This document shows, in pieces, positions 8,653-18,048 of a stretch of DNA of 64,000 nt (the stretch's first letter is position 1; every line of letters begins with the position of its first letter). The position numbers and the translations under genes are program-made. The notes below the pieces were generated by a model. The model had not been told where the DNA came from. It made no database searches and saw only the letters and a program-made list of their open reading frames with translations. Location: the IMG/VR virus record IMGVR_UViG_3300011989_000010, positions 1 through 64,000 of that record. One strand, written 5' to 3'. This DNA is from a virus (Duplodnaviria > Caudoviricetes).

Positions 8653-9657
8653 ATGGAAGTTAATAAAATTTATAATTGTGATTGCTTGGATGGTTTAAAG
8701 CAATTAGACGACAATTGTGTTGATTTGACTGTTACATCTCCTCCTTATGACAATTTAAGGAGTTATGGCGATATGGATAGTTGGAATTTTGAGATTTTTA
8801 AGCCTATTGCTGAACAATTGTTTAGGGTAACAAAAGATGGTGGTGTCGTTGTATGGGTTGTAGGTGATGCTTGTATTAATGGCTCAGAAACAGGTACATC
8901 ATTTCGTCAAGCATTGTATTTTATGCAATGTGGCTTTAAGCTCCATGATACAATGATATATGAGAAAAATTCTTCATCTTTTCCTGCAAGACGAGATTCA
9001 AAAAGGTATACACAAATTTTTGAATATATGTTTGTGTTTGTCAAAGGTAAAATTAGAAAGGATATTAAACTTATTGCAGACAAAAGAAATAAATGGGCAG
9101 GATGGACTAATTGGGGAAAGCATTCATCTTATACCAAAGATGAAAGGAAACAAGTAACCGATATAAAACATGTACCTGAATTTAGTCTTAGAAATAATAT
9201 TTGGAAATATTCAACATCATTCAATGACAAGACAAGTCATCCTGCTGTGTTTCCTGAGAAATTGGCAGAAGACCATATCAAGTCTTGGACTAATGAAGGT
9301 GATTTAGTGCTTGATCCATTTATGGGAAGTGGAACAACTGCTAAAATGGCAATGATAAATAAGCGAAATTATATAGGATTTGAAAGAAACAAAGATTATT
9401 ATGAAGAATCGCTTCTAAGAGTAGGAAAATACACTGATAAAATAAAAGAAGATACTGACGAAACAGTTGAAATCCCTGTGAATGAAGGTAAGGAAATATG
9501 TCAAGTTGATTCTAAAAATGATAATGAAGTAGAAGAAAAAACTAAGTTATTCAAAGAATATGTAGAAAAATTAAACGATTACTTCAACGAGCAAACTTTG
9601 GGTATTTTAAAAAATCTTAAATTCGTTTTCCAATCAAAATCAAAAGAACAAAAGTGA
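8653..9657 (+). CDS. Beta-class amino DNA methyltransferase (N4-mC/N6-mA)
   Basis: Motif IV TSPPY precedes motif I DPFMGSGTT; HPAVFPEKL; SPPY suggests N4-cytosine. Confidence 0.9.
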   Translation: MEVNKIYNCDCLDGLKQLDDNCVDLTVTSPPYDNLRSYGDMDSWNFEIFKPIAEQLFRVTKDGGVVVWVVGDACINGSETGTSFRQALYFMQCGFKLHDTMIYEKNSSSFPARRDSKRYTQIFEYMFVFVKGKIRKDIKLIADKRNKWAGWTNWGKHSSYTKDERKQVTDIKHVPEFSLRNNIWKYSTSFNDKTSHPAVFPEKLAEDHIKSWTNEGDLVLDPFMGSGTTAKMAMINKRNYIGFERNKDYYEESLLRVGKYTDKIKEDTDETVEIPVNEGKEICQVDSKNDNEVEEKTKLFKEYVEKLNDYFNEQTLGILKNLKFVFQSKSKEQK

Positions 9658-9661
9658 ATTT

Positions 9662-9832
9662 ATGATACCAAGTTTTATGAATATGCCTAATGGTGATTTG
9701 TTTTTACAAATGTTTGATTCGAACATCACTATAGATTTAAACGAAAGTAATTATTATTTAAAGAAGCGTTTTGAAGAAATTGGTAAAATAATACAACGTG
9801 TTAAAAATATGGAGAACTCCTTACAATTTTAA
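9662..9832 (+). CDS. Small hypothetical protein (56 aa)
   Basis: ATG...TAA frame filling the gap between the MTase and the P-loop gene; read manually. Confidence 0.45.
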   Translation: MIPSFMNMPNGDLFLQMFDSNITIDLNESNYYLKKRFEEIGKIIQRVKNMENSLQF

Positions 9833-9850
9833 ATTAATTTTTTTAAATTC

Positions 9851-10336
9851 ATGAGTGCAATTTTAGTAGCAGGATTCCCTGGTATCGGAAAGACTTATGC
9901 TTTCAACACATTAGGAAAGCAACTTAAAATACTTGATTCTGATTCAAGTAAGTTTGACAAGTCAGATTTTCCAAAAAATTATATAGAACATATTAAAGAA
10001 AATATTGTAAATAACGACATTATTTTCATTTCATCTCACAAAGAGGTTAGAGATGCCCTTGAAATGGAGAATATTGACTTTGATTTGTTCTATCCCTCTA
10101 AAGATAGACGAAATGAATTTTTGGAGAACTATGTAGCAAGACATTCTCCTAGAGATTTGATTATGAAGATTGATAATCATTGGAACGAATGGATTGATGA
10201 AATAGAACATGATAGCAATAAGAATTGTCACGCACATTGCCTATCTCATACAGGAGAATTTATTGGCAACAATCCAATGGTAATGACTTATGTGAATCAG
10301 GTAATTAAAGCAAAAGAAAGTAAAAATAATGAATAA
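9851..10336 (+). CDS. P-loop NTPase / nucleotide-kinase-like protein
   Basis: N-terminal Walker A VAGFPGIGKT; DSDSSKF. Confidence 0.65.
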   Translation: MSAILVAGFPGIGKTYAFNTLGKQLKILDSDSSKFDKSDFPKNYIEHIKENIVNNDIIFISSHKEVRDALEMENIDFDLFYPSKDRRNEFLENYVARHSPRDLIMKIDNHWNEWIDEIEHDSNKNCHAHCLSHTGEFIGNNPMVMTYVNQVIKAKESKNNE

Positions 10337-11270
10337 CGTTGATAAACAGTATTTAGACCTATTAAGGGATATTAAAGAGAATGGTGTTGAAAAGGACACA
10401 CGAAGTGGTAAAGTAAAATCAGTCTTTGGACGTACTTTACGATTCGACCTTAAAAAGGGTTTCCCTCTTTTAACCACAAAAAAAGTGTTTTATAGAGGTG
10501 TTATTGAAGAACTTTTATGGTTTTTAAGTGGTTCAACCAACATTAAACCACTAATCGAAAAGAATGTACACATTTGGGATGCTGACGCTTATAGATATTA
10601 TAAGGACTTGTCAAAATCATACAAAGAGGTTTTAGATTTTGATTCTTTTATTGAGGCAGTTAAAGAGGAAACAACATATGCGTTTAGAACTGACAAATCA
10701 AGTGTTTTTAAATATTATAAGGCAGGTGATTTAGGCCATGTATATGGGTATCAATGGCGAAATTTTGGAGGAAGTGGTGTTGACCAAATTAAGAATATAA
10801 TTGATACTCTTAAGAGCAATCCAAATGACAGACGTTTACTTTGTGTTGCATTTAATCCTGCTGATTTAAAGGATATGGCTTTACCGCCTTGTCATATTTT
10901 GTTTCAGTTCTATGTCAGAAAATTAGATGATGGACGACTTGGCTTGTCTTGTAAGTGGACTCAGAGAAGTGTGGATTCATTCTTAGGATTGCCATTCAAT
11001 ATTGCCTCTTATGCAGCCTTAACCTATATGATTGCAGAAGTAGTTGACATGGTGCCTGATGAACTAATTGGTGATTTGGGAGATACCCACATTTATATGA
11101 ATCATATGGATGCCGTTAATGAGCAATTAAGCAGGAATGGATATGATGAATTGCCAACACTAAAGTTTGGCAGAGAAATTAAGGATATTAATGATTTTAA
11201 ATATGAAGATTTTATAATTGAAAATTATAAATCAGATGGTAAAATATCAGCACCACTAAGTGTTGGATAA
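10329..11270 (+). CDS. thyA: Thymidylate synthase
   Basis: GFPLLTTKK, VYGYQWR, ALPPCH catalytic Cys, QRSVDSFLGLPFNIASY, DTHIYMNH. Confidence 0.97.
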   Translation: MNNVDKQYLDLLRDIKENGVEKDTRSGKVKSVFGRTLRFDLKKGFPLLTTKKVFYRGVIEELLWFLSGSTNIKPLIEKNVHIWDADAYRYYKDLSKSYKEVLDFDSFIEAVKEETTYAFRTDKSSVFKYYKAGDLGHVYGYQWRNFGGSGVDQIKNIIDTLKSNPNDRRLLCVAFNPADLKDMALPPCHILFQFYVRKLDDGRLGLSCKWTQRSVDSFLGLPFNIASYAALTYMIAEVVDMVPDELIGDLGDTHIYMNHMDAVNEQLSRNGYDELPTLKFGREIKDINDFKYEDFIIENYKSDGKISAPLSVG

Positions 11271-11274
11271 TGAA

Positions 11275-11312
11275 AAAAAGCGAGACTTGTAATGGTCTCG
11301 CTTTTATTTTTT
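11275..11312. terminator. Bidirectional intrinsic terminator
   Basis: aaaaaaagcgagac...gtctcgcttttatttt between convergent genes. Confidence 0.75.
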
Positions 11313-11315
11313 TTG

Positions 11316-12203
11316 TCATCTTCTAATGCCAAATCTACGTCTACCAGCACCTTGACTAACCACTTTAGGTTCTTCTTTAATTAAATATGGTTCATACATG
11401 CTTGGGTCTTTTTGTGCTTTAATGTACCACTGCATAATAGCACTTTTTTCTTTTTTAGGAATAAATTCGTCATATTGTGTTTGACCGAAGGTAGCAGGCT
11501 GAAAATCCCTATGTAAAATAGGAGAAGCATCACCATAGGTTTTTTCGGTTGCAGAATTTGCTCTCTTGTTTCTAATCCAATTTATAGAACCCTCAGGATA
11601 TGAATTTGTTTCTTTATTTAAAATGCCAACACTAATACGTGCTAACTTACCAGATGAAATTTGATTACATTTAATAAAGTCGGCCTTTGCAGCCTTGTAT
11701 TTAGGATTAAAGAAAAGGTTAGCCCATACAGGTTCACCTCCGCTATACACCCTTAATATTAGAGTATAATAACATCTACATCTATATAAGAAGTCTTTTT
11801 TATCTGCCGTTCTTGCGTAAAGGATGTCGTCAGCTACATAGAAAGTAGTTGGATGCATCCATTTATTTTTTTGATAAGTAGCTTTTTCATTATCTTTAGG
11901 GTCTTCATTAGTAGCTCTTGAATAAAGTGCACCTAAGTTATGTGAAATCTTCTCATAGACACCATAAATTGTCTCCACGATTTCATTCATTTCATCCTTC
12001 AATGCTTGATTGTATGTGTCAATATCTTTATCTTTAACTTCAGCACTAAGATTTGGATTTTTGAAGAAGCCTTTCTGATTCAACTTGTCGTACATATTGA
12101 ACCTATCTCTGGCATCAGTGATATTTTTATCCTCTTTCTCAATCAAATAGGTTAAACGGTTAAATTTTGCTTCGTTTAATATAATCGTCTTTTTCATCAT
12201 CAA
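11316..12203 (-). CDS. Hypothetical protein with MKKTIILNE leader
   Basis: 295-aa ORF; TATTTAT on sense strand at 12216-12222. Confidence 0.7.
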   Translation of the reverse strand: MMMKKTIILNEAKFNRLTYLIEKEDKNITDARDRFNMYDKLNQKGFFKNPNLSAEVKDKDIDTYNQALKDEMNEIVETIYGVYEKISHNLGALYSRATNEDPKDNEKATYQKNKWMHPTTFYVADDILYARTADKKDFLYRCRCYYTLILRVYSGGEPVWANLFFNPKYKAAKADFIKCNQISSGKLARISVGILNKETNSYPEGSINWIRNKRANSATEKTYGDASPILHRDFQPATFGQTQYDEFIPKKEKSAIMQWYIKAQKDPSMYEPYLIKEEPKVVSQGAGRRRFGIRR

Positions 12204-12249
12204 GAATATTTATATATAAATAACTTTTAAAGAGAAAAAAATATTTAAT

Positions 12250-12510
12250 ATGTTATATAACGATTATGATTCTTATGGATACGACACGTCCGAGCAATTC
12301 GTTTCATTAGCAGTTCAAAATGGTTTTGAATATGATGGCGAAAAGAAAAACAAAGAAAAGATTAAATACACTGAAATGGAATCATTCACTTCTGAGCATG
12401 GTGTCAAGGAGGCTGAGTTGTTAGTTCCTCTTTGCCTTTGTGGTAAGAAGATAACTCCAAAGTTGATTACGGATGACGATACAATTAATGATAGAAGAAC
12501 ACAGAACTAA
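12250..12510 (+). CDS. Hypothetical protein
   Basis: 86-aa ORF abutting the next gene. Confidence 0.5.
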   Translation: MLYNDYDSYGYDTSEQFVSLAVQNGFEYDGEKKNKEKIKYTEMESFTSEHGVKEAELLVPLCLCGKKITPKLITDDDTINDRRTQN

Positions 12511-12513
12511 ACA

Positions 12514-13419
12514 ATGAAAGTAATATTACCTGAATCTAAACTTTTATATTTAAAAAATAATCTACTAAAGGAAGAAAATTCATTAGTGGACAGGGACACC
12601 TATACTATAGGTGCTGAAGGTGATGGAGGTAATAACGAATATTTTCATATCGAAGAGAACCAAGAGCAAGAAGTCAATGCTGACGAAGTTAAATTAGATT
12701 CATTCAAGGCAGAAGACCATTTAGCACCAAAGATTTGGAAAGGTATGATGCTTAGTTCTAAGGTTAGACTTAAATTGTTGGACATTGCTGATGACTTTTG
12801 GGACACTTGTAATTTAGGATGGGTTAAATTAAGAGGAATACATTTAACAGGTTCCATTTGCAATTTTAATTGGTCAAAGTACTCAGATATTGATTTACAT
12901 TTAGTTGTTGATTTTTCTGATGTTAGCGAAAGAAAAGATTTCGTTCAACAATATTTCGATGCTAAAAAGAATGAATGGAATAATGAGCATGAGAACTTGA
13001 AGATTTACGGTTTTCCTGTAGAGTTATACGTTGAAGATATTAATGCTAAAACTGAGTCAGGAGGCTTATTTAATCTTGAAACCAATGCTTGGATTAAAGT
13101 ACCATCACCTGATGACGTACATTCTATTGAATTGGGCAAATACGAGATAAAAGAAAAGTCAGCAAATATTATGACAAAGATTGATAATTATTACAATCTT
13201 TTGAATAGTACAACTGATGATGCTAAATTAAGGAAGTTAGGTGATAAGGCGCATCGTCTTTTAAAGAAAATTAAAGCGATGAGAAAATTTGGTCTTAAAC
13301 GTGGTGGAGAAGGCGACCCTTATAATATTGTATATAAGGTGCTGAGAAGAACCGAATACCTTGATAAACTATGGAGCATTTCAAGTAAATTGTATGACAA
13401 ACTAAATAGTATTGAATAA
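12514..13419 (+). CDS. Pol-beta-superfamily nucleotidyltransferase
   Basis: LTGSICNFNWSKYSDIDLHLVVD (GS...DxD) with a third acidic residue in PVELYVED; leader MKVILPESKL. Confidence 0.75.
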   Translation: MKVILPESKLLYLKNNLLKEENSLVDRDTYTIGAEGDGGNNEYFHIEENQEQEVNADEVKLDSFKAEDHLAPKIWKGMMLSSKVRLKLLDIADDFWDTCNLGWVKLRGIHLTGSICNFNWSKYSDIDLHLVVDFSDVSERKDFVQQYFDAKKNEWNNEHENLKIYGFPVELYVEDINAKTESGGLFNLETNAWIKVPSPDDVHSIELGKYEIKEKSANIMTKIDNYYNLLNSTTDDAKLRKLGDKAHRLLKKIKAMRKFGLKRGGEGDPYNIVYKVLRRTEYLDKLWSISSKLYDKLNSIE

Positions 13420-14012
13420 TGGCTTTAAATTGGGATAAAGAATTTTTAAGGGATAAAAGAAAAGGCCGTTTTAGAACTGTAAAAAACGACAAAGGTGAAA
13501 AAGTTCCATCACATTGTGATAAATGTGGTGAGAAAATTTATATCTATATACAAGGTGAGCCAATATTTAAATGTGGAAAATGCGGTAAATATTTTGGAAC
13601 AGTACAATTTAATGAATCAAAAAATAGCCCTAAAAAAATTATCGTAAACGAAAAGCAATTTAAATTAATTTCTGAAGAGGTAGTTGCGGACGGTAATTCC
13701 GACCATAACCCTTATAAAAAGAAATGGGATGCAGAAAGAGACAGTTTGATTAGCTTTATTGTCAATAATGGCAAATTAATGACAAGCAAGGAAAACGGTA
13801 AAAAATACTACACACTTTTTGATGAAATGCTATCAAAATATATGGGAATTAATTTTGTACTTTGCGTACAATATAATGAAAAGGATTTAAAACCTGGGTC
13901 TATTGTTTATATAAGAGCACAAGATAAGTTTACTCCACAACTTTTCAATGATATTAATTTTGATTCAAGAGGAAGAGATAACATTAGTGGCACTCAAGAC
14001 GATTTAAATTGA
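13419..14012 (+). CDS. Zn-ribbon-containing hypothetical protein
   Basis: CDKC...CGKC; internal KKIIVNEKQFKLISEE motif. Confidence 0.6.
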   Translation: MALNWDKEFLRDKRKGRFRTVKNDKGEKVPSHCDKCGEKIYIYIQGEPIFKCGKCGKYFGTVQFNESKNSPKKIIVNEKQFKLISEEVVADGNSDHNPYKKKWDAERDSLISFIVNNGKLMTSKENGKKYYTLFDEMLSKYMGINFVLCVQYNEKDLKPGSIVYIRAQDKFTPQLFNDINFDSRGRDNISGTQDDLN

Positions 14013-14031
14013 TAAATTTAATAAAAAAAAT

Positions 14032-15220
14032 ATGCCAAAAAAGAAAACCAAAGAAGAATTCATAAAATAGGCTGATATTATACATAATTATAAATACAAC
14101 TATTCAAAAGTAAATTATATTAATAACAAAACTAAGGTTTGCATTATTTGCCCTGAGCATGGAGAATTTTGGCAAACACCTGCTAATCATTTAAAAGGAG
14201 CAAATTGTCCTAAATGTGGCTGTGTATTAAGAATTAAAAACAATACAAAATCTTTTGAGTGGTTTTTAAAAAAAGCTAATGAAATACATCATAACAAATA
14301 CAAGTATGATAGCACAAACTATATAAATACTAGTACACCTATTATTATCACATGTCCTAAACATGGATATTTTGTACAAAAACCTTGTTGGCATTTAAAA
14401 GGTGATGGATGCCCTAAATGTGCTGGAAATTATGTTTTATCAACTGAAGAATTTATCAAAAAAGCAAAAAAAATTCATGGTAATAAATATGATTACTCTA
14501 AAGTTAAATATATAAAAAGTAAAGAGAAAATATGCATAATTTGTCCTGAACACGGAGAGTTTTGGCAAACACCAAATGAGCATTTAATGGGCAACGGTTG
14601 CAAAAAATGCGGATATAAAAAAATCAGTAATAAAGTAAGTTTAACCACACAAGTTTTTATTGAACGTGCTAAAAAAATACATGGAGATAAGTACGATTAC
14701 AGTAAAGTAAAGTATGTTAGTACACGTGTACCTATTGCTATTATCTGTAAAAAGCATGGAATTTTTTATCAAAAGCCAAATTATCATTTATCTGGTTGTG
14801 GCTGTCCTTTTTGTAATAAAAGTAAATTAGAAGAAGAAATGAAAGAGTTTTTAGAGGAAAAAAAGATTTCATAATTAAGTTGCAAGGAAACCCACGAATC
14901 TTCAGTTCGTGGGAGGTTGACTTATTTACCAATTCAGAAATAATTTTCTTGGAAAACAATCATTAGATTTTTATTTACCTGATTATAATATTGGCATTGA
15001 GTGCCAAGGAAGGCAACACTTCGAACCTATAGATTTTGGAGGAAAAGGAGAAAAATGGGCTAAAAAACAATTAATTGAATCGAAAGAAAGAGATAATAAA
15101 AAATTTGAACTTTGTAAAAAACAAGGAATAAAATTAATTTATTATTTAAATAATAGTAAATATTTCGGAAATTATACAAACGAAATTCATAGCCCAATCG
15201 AAATAAAAAAATTTATTTAA
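14032..15220 (+). pseudogene. Disrupted Zn-ribbon-repeat (DUF723-like) / Vsr-like homing endonuclease
   Basis: One frame from ATG 14032 with an in-frame TAG at 14068; four HxxKYxYSxxxY...C-x2-HG-x-F-x-Q-x-P-x2-HL-x-G-x2-C-x2-C repeats; the nuclease part (LDFYLPDYNIGIECQGRQHF) lies in another frame after a ~49-bp insert. Confidence 0.8.
14874..14922 (+). mobile_element. ~49-bp IS605-end-like hairpin insertion (MITE/solo end)
   Basis: taagttgcaaggaaacccacgaatcttcagttcgtgggaggttgac; removing it restores ...KKIS-Y-IYQFRNNFLGKQSLD; resembles the left end at 27413-27460. Confidence 0.7.
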
Positions 15221-15280
15221 AAATTTTTGCTATTTACAAAGTATTTATTATTAAATTAATATATTAATTAAGATTATAAA

Positions 15281-17017
15281 ATGAAAAATAATCAAGATGT
15301 AAATAGCCAACTTATAAGGATGAGAAACCTTATGAAGTATGGTATTGATGAAAGTAAGAAAACACCTTATACAGGGGTTGAATACGAAAAAGAGAACGGA
15401 GGTAAATTATACGGTATTGTGCGTGAAGGCACTAAATACTATATAAAAGTATCTCCTAATAAAAAAGGTAAGTTAGCTGAAAACTACGAATACATTGGCG
15501 GCTTTAGAAACAGAAAAGACAACGAATACAGCTCCTTTGCTGATGCGCAGAAAAACTTTGACCTTAAGATGATGTCAATCAACGAGGCTAATGCACCTGA
15601 GAAGAAGATTATGGTTGAATCTTGGAATCCAGATAAGCAAGAGGAGTTGACTGTAGAGTCTACTGATAGAATGAAGAGAGAAATCTCTCGTGAACGTCAG
15701 ATTATGTTGAATGCTACACGTATCAACGAAAAGAAGTCCCAAAACCTCGCTCCAATTTCAGAGACTTGCAAGGAAAACTGTGAGTCTGAGTGCGATGGTT
15801 ATGACTTTAAGGATGCTGAGAATCCAAAGGATTCTTTCAGAAAGAAGAAACACGAAGAGGGCGATGCTAAGAAAGCAAATCCTGACTATAAAGATGCTAA
15901 GATTGAAGAGGCTTCAGAGCCACTTGCTTGGCATAGTACAGGCAAGGATGCCGCAGGTAACATTGCTGATACTTATATGGACAAATCTCATGGAACAGAG
16001 ATTGGTGATTCCGCTCCTTTCAATGATGCAAAGGGTAAAGACATTGACGATAAGGAAGGTACTTCAACTACAGGCGAAATGAATAATGGTGTTGTAGAAG
16101 GTAAATCTATGGCAATGGATAACGGTGACAATCAGAATAGCCCTGCAGTTGGTGTTGGTAAGATTGGTGACACTGCCCCATTTGATGCTGAAGATGGTCG
16201 TCAGATTGATGAGGACATTGATGATATTAATGCTGATGCCGATGTAGAGGATGACGATACACCTGATGTAGACGATGATGTTACACCTGATGCTGAAGGC
16301 GGTGCTGATGACGATTTTGCTGATGATGCAGACCTTGGAGATGAGGGTGATTTCGGTGCTGACGATGAGGGTCTTGACGATGATGATGTTGCTGACGATG
16401 AAGGTCTTGACGATGATGATACTTTCGATGATGACGAGGATGATGATGTTGACCCTGACTTGCACGATTTGCAGGATCAGATTTCTGATTTAAGCGATAA
16501 ACTTGATGCAGTTCTTAATGCAGTTGGTGGCGATGAGCCAACAGTTAATGATTCTGAATATGAAGACGATGACCTTTATGATGACGATGATGATGAGCCA
16601 ATCGAAGATGGAATGGCTTTCGAATCTCGCAGACGCAATGGTGCTCAGGTATACGAATCTCGTGCTTTTAGACAGATGAGGATGAATGAGGCAAGACGTA
16701 ATCGTGCTCGTAGAATTAACGAGGAAGATGGTATGAAGCCATTCTCAGATGCAGGTCGTGTTCCAAGAGGCAATATGAACAAGTTGAATGACTTTGGTAA
16801 GCATCCTGCATATCAGAAGAAGGTAATGAATTTGCCTAGAACTTCAATGCAAGAGTTCCCAGGTTATTACGATATGAACGATGATAGCGTTTATAACGAG
16901 AATCCATATGGCGAGAAAATTGGCAGTGGTGCTCCTTTCGAGGTAGACCCTGAAGAAATAGAGAATACTATTGCTGAGTCAATTATGCGCCACTTGGGAA
17001 AAAAATACCTACGATAA
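15281..17017 (+). CDS. Large acidic head-associated/scaffold-like protein (short isoform)
   Basis: 578 aa with a D/E-rich low-complexity tract and many I/V/L-x-E sites; TATTTAT at 15242-15248. Confidence 0.7.
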   Translation: MKNNQDVNSQLIRMRNLMKYGIDESKKTPYTGVEYEKENGGKLYGIVREGTKYYIKVSPNKKGKLAENYEYIGGFRNRKDNEYSSFADAQKNFDLKMMSINEANAPEKKIMVESWNPDKQEELTVESTDRMKREISRERQIMLNATRINEKKSQNLAPISETCKENCESECDGYDFKDAENPKDSFRKKKHEEGDAKKANPDYKDAKIEEASEPLAWHSTGKDAAGNIADTYMDKSHGTEIGDSAPFNDAKGKDIDDKEGTSTTGEMNNGVVEGKSMAMDNGDNQNSPAVGVGKIGDTAPFDAEDGRQIDEDIDDINADADVEDDDTPDVDDDVTPDAEGGADDDFADDADLGDEGDFGADDEGLDDDDVADDEGLDDDDTFDDDEDDDVDPDLHDLQDQISDLSDKLDAVLNAVGGDEPTVNDSEYEDDDLYDDDDDEPIEDGMAFESRRRNGAQVYESRAFRQMRMNEARRNRARRINEEDGMKPFSDAGRVPRGNMNKLNDFGKHPAYQKKVMNLPRTSMQEFPGYYDMNDDSVYNENPYGEKIGSGAPFEVDPEEIENTIAESIMRHLGKKYLR

Positions 17018-17544
17018 CTGAAAAGTATGTTTTAAATACTGGCATACCAAAACAGGATAGCACTCCTGATATGGGGATGCTGCCAGATGAAGGTGCTGAA
17101 GACCCAACGGCAGAAATGCCACCTATGGATGATATGAATGGTGGTTTACCACCAACACCTCCAAATGGAGTTGATGCTCCTGACACTGGTGATGGTATGC
17201 AAGATAACCAAGAAGATGATGATGAAGGCATTGACATCTATAATAGCTTGCCAGTTGAAAAGAAGAGTGCAGCTATTAAGTATATGAAGAGTATGCAAGA
17301 TGATGACGAAGATGCTGAATCAAACTCTAATGGTGGAAATGAAGGCGGTGCTCCTGAAATGCCTATGGAATCCAAATCATATATAGAAAAGTTAGTAACT
17401 GAAATTGCTAATGGAATTATAAGTGATTTTGATATGAATGACAGAGAAGGCATTAAGGGAACTAAGCGTGATGAAAAACAAATCACAAATAAAAGGCTTA
17501 GTAACGGAAGAGGTACTATGAATCCTTTTGTTAGTGGCAGATAA
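16996..17544 (+). CDS. -1 frameshift extension of the 15281 protein (ORF track start 17071)
   Basis: Frame open from 16978; slippery G GGA AAA AAA at 16996-17005, just before the upstream TAA at 17015. Confidence 0.6.
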   Translation, partial: GKKIPTITEKYVLNTGIPKQDSTPDMGMLPDEGAEDPTAEMPPMDDMNGGLPPTPPNGVDAPDTGDGMQDNQEDDDEGIDIYNSLPVEKKSAAIKYMKSMQDDDEDAESNSNGGNEGGAPEMPMESKSYIEKLVTEIANGIISDFDMNDREGIKGTKRDEKQITNKRLSNGRGTMNPFVSGR

Positions 17545-17547
17545 TAT

Positions 17548-17580
17548 TAAGGGGGAGTCGTTAAGACTTCCCTTTTTTCT
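17548..17580 (+). terminator. Intrinsic terminator
   Basis: aagggggagtc...gacttccctttttt. Confidence 0.7.
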
Positions 17581-17615
17581 TTTATAAAATATTTATATTA
17601 AAATTTATTTCACAT

Positions 17616-18047
17616 ATGAGAAAAATTATTTTTGAAAAGAGGCAATTAAGACTTAAAGAGGAAGACATCAACATACAGTCTAAATCTTTAAATACACAAC
17701 CAGATAAAAAGACTGAGGTTAATGTTGACCCTGTTTCATCACAAGCAGGCTCACCTAATTTGGCTAATGATATTAATAACGCAAAGCAGAAAGACCCTAA
17801 TGCACAAATTTATACATTTAATCCGTCTACATATGCTGACAAAAATAAGTCACAAAACCCAACAACGATTAATGTTCAAGCAAACGATGGCGTTGATTTG
17901 TCAAACACTTTAAGTGACGCTATGAAGACCAATCCACAAGTGGCACAAGCAGTTAATGCAGGTAATGCAATGGTAAAGGCTGATTTGAAAGCAGAATCAA
18001 TTAATTTTACTAAAAAGGAATTAGATGAATTTTTAATAAATCTTTAG
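17616..18047 (+). CDS. Hypothetical protein with MRKIIFE leader
   Basis: 143-aa ORF; TATTTAT at 17590-17596. Confidence 0.7.
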   Translation: MRKIIFEKRQLRLKEEDINIQSKSLNTQPDKKTEVNVDPVSSQAGSPNLANDINNAKQKDPNAQIYTFNPSTYADKNKSQNPTTINVQANDGVDLSNTLSDAMKTNPQVAQAVNAGNAMVKADLKAESINFTKKELDEFLINL

Positions 18048-18048
18048 C

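Noticed and set aside
10329-11270. dCMP hydroxymethylase / DNA hypermodification enzyme
   Set aside because: Retains the dUMP-specific Asn in PFNIASY and all canonical ThyA motifs
14866-14930. T4 gene 60-like 50-nt translational bypass
   Set aside because: No matched landing codon for the TCA take-off codon; the insert resembles IS605 ends, and the gene has another stop
16190-16600. GAT/GAC-rich periodic DNA as a non-coding repeat
   Set aside because: Explained by Asp/Glu-rich low-complexity coding sequence
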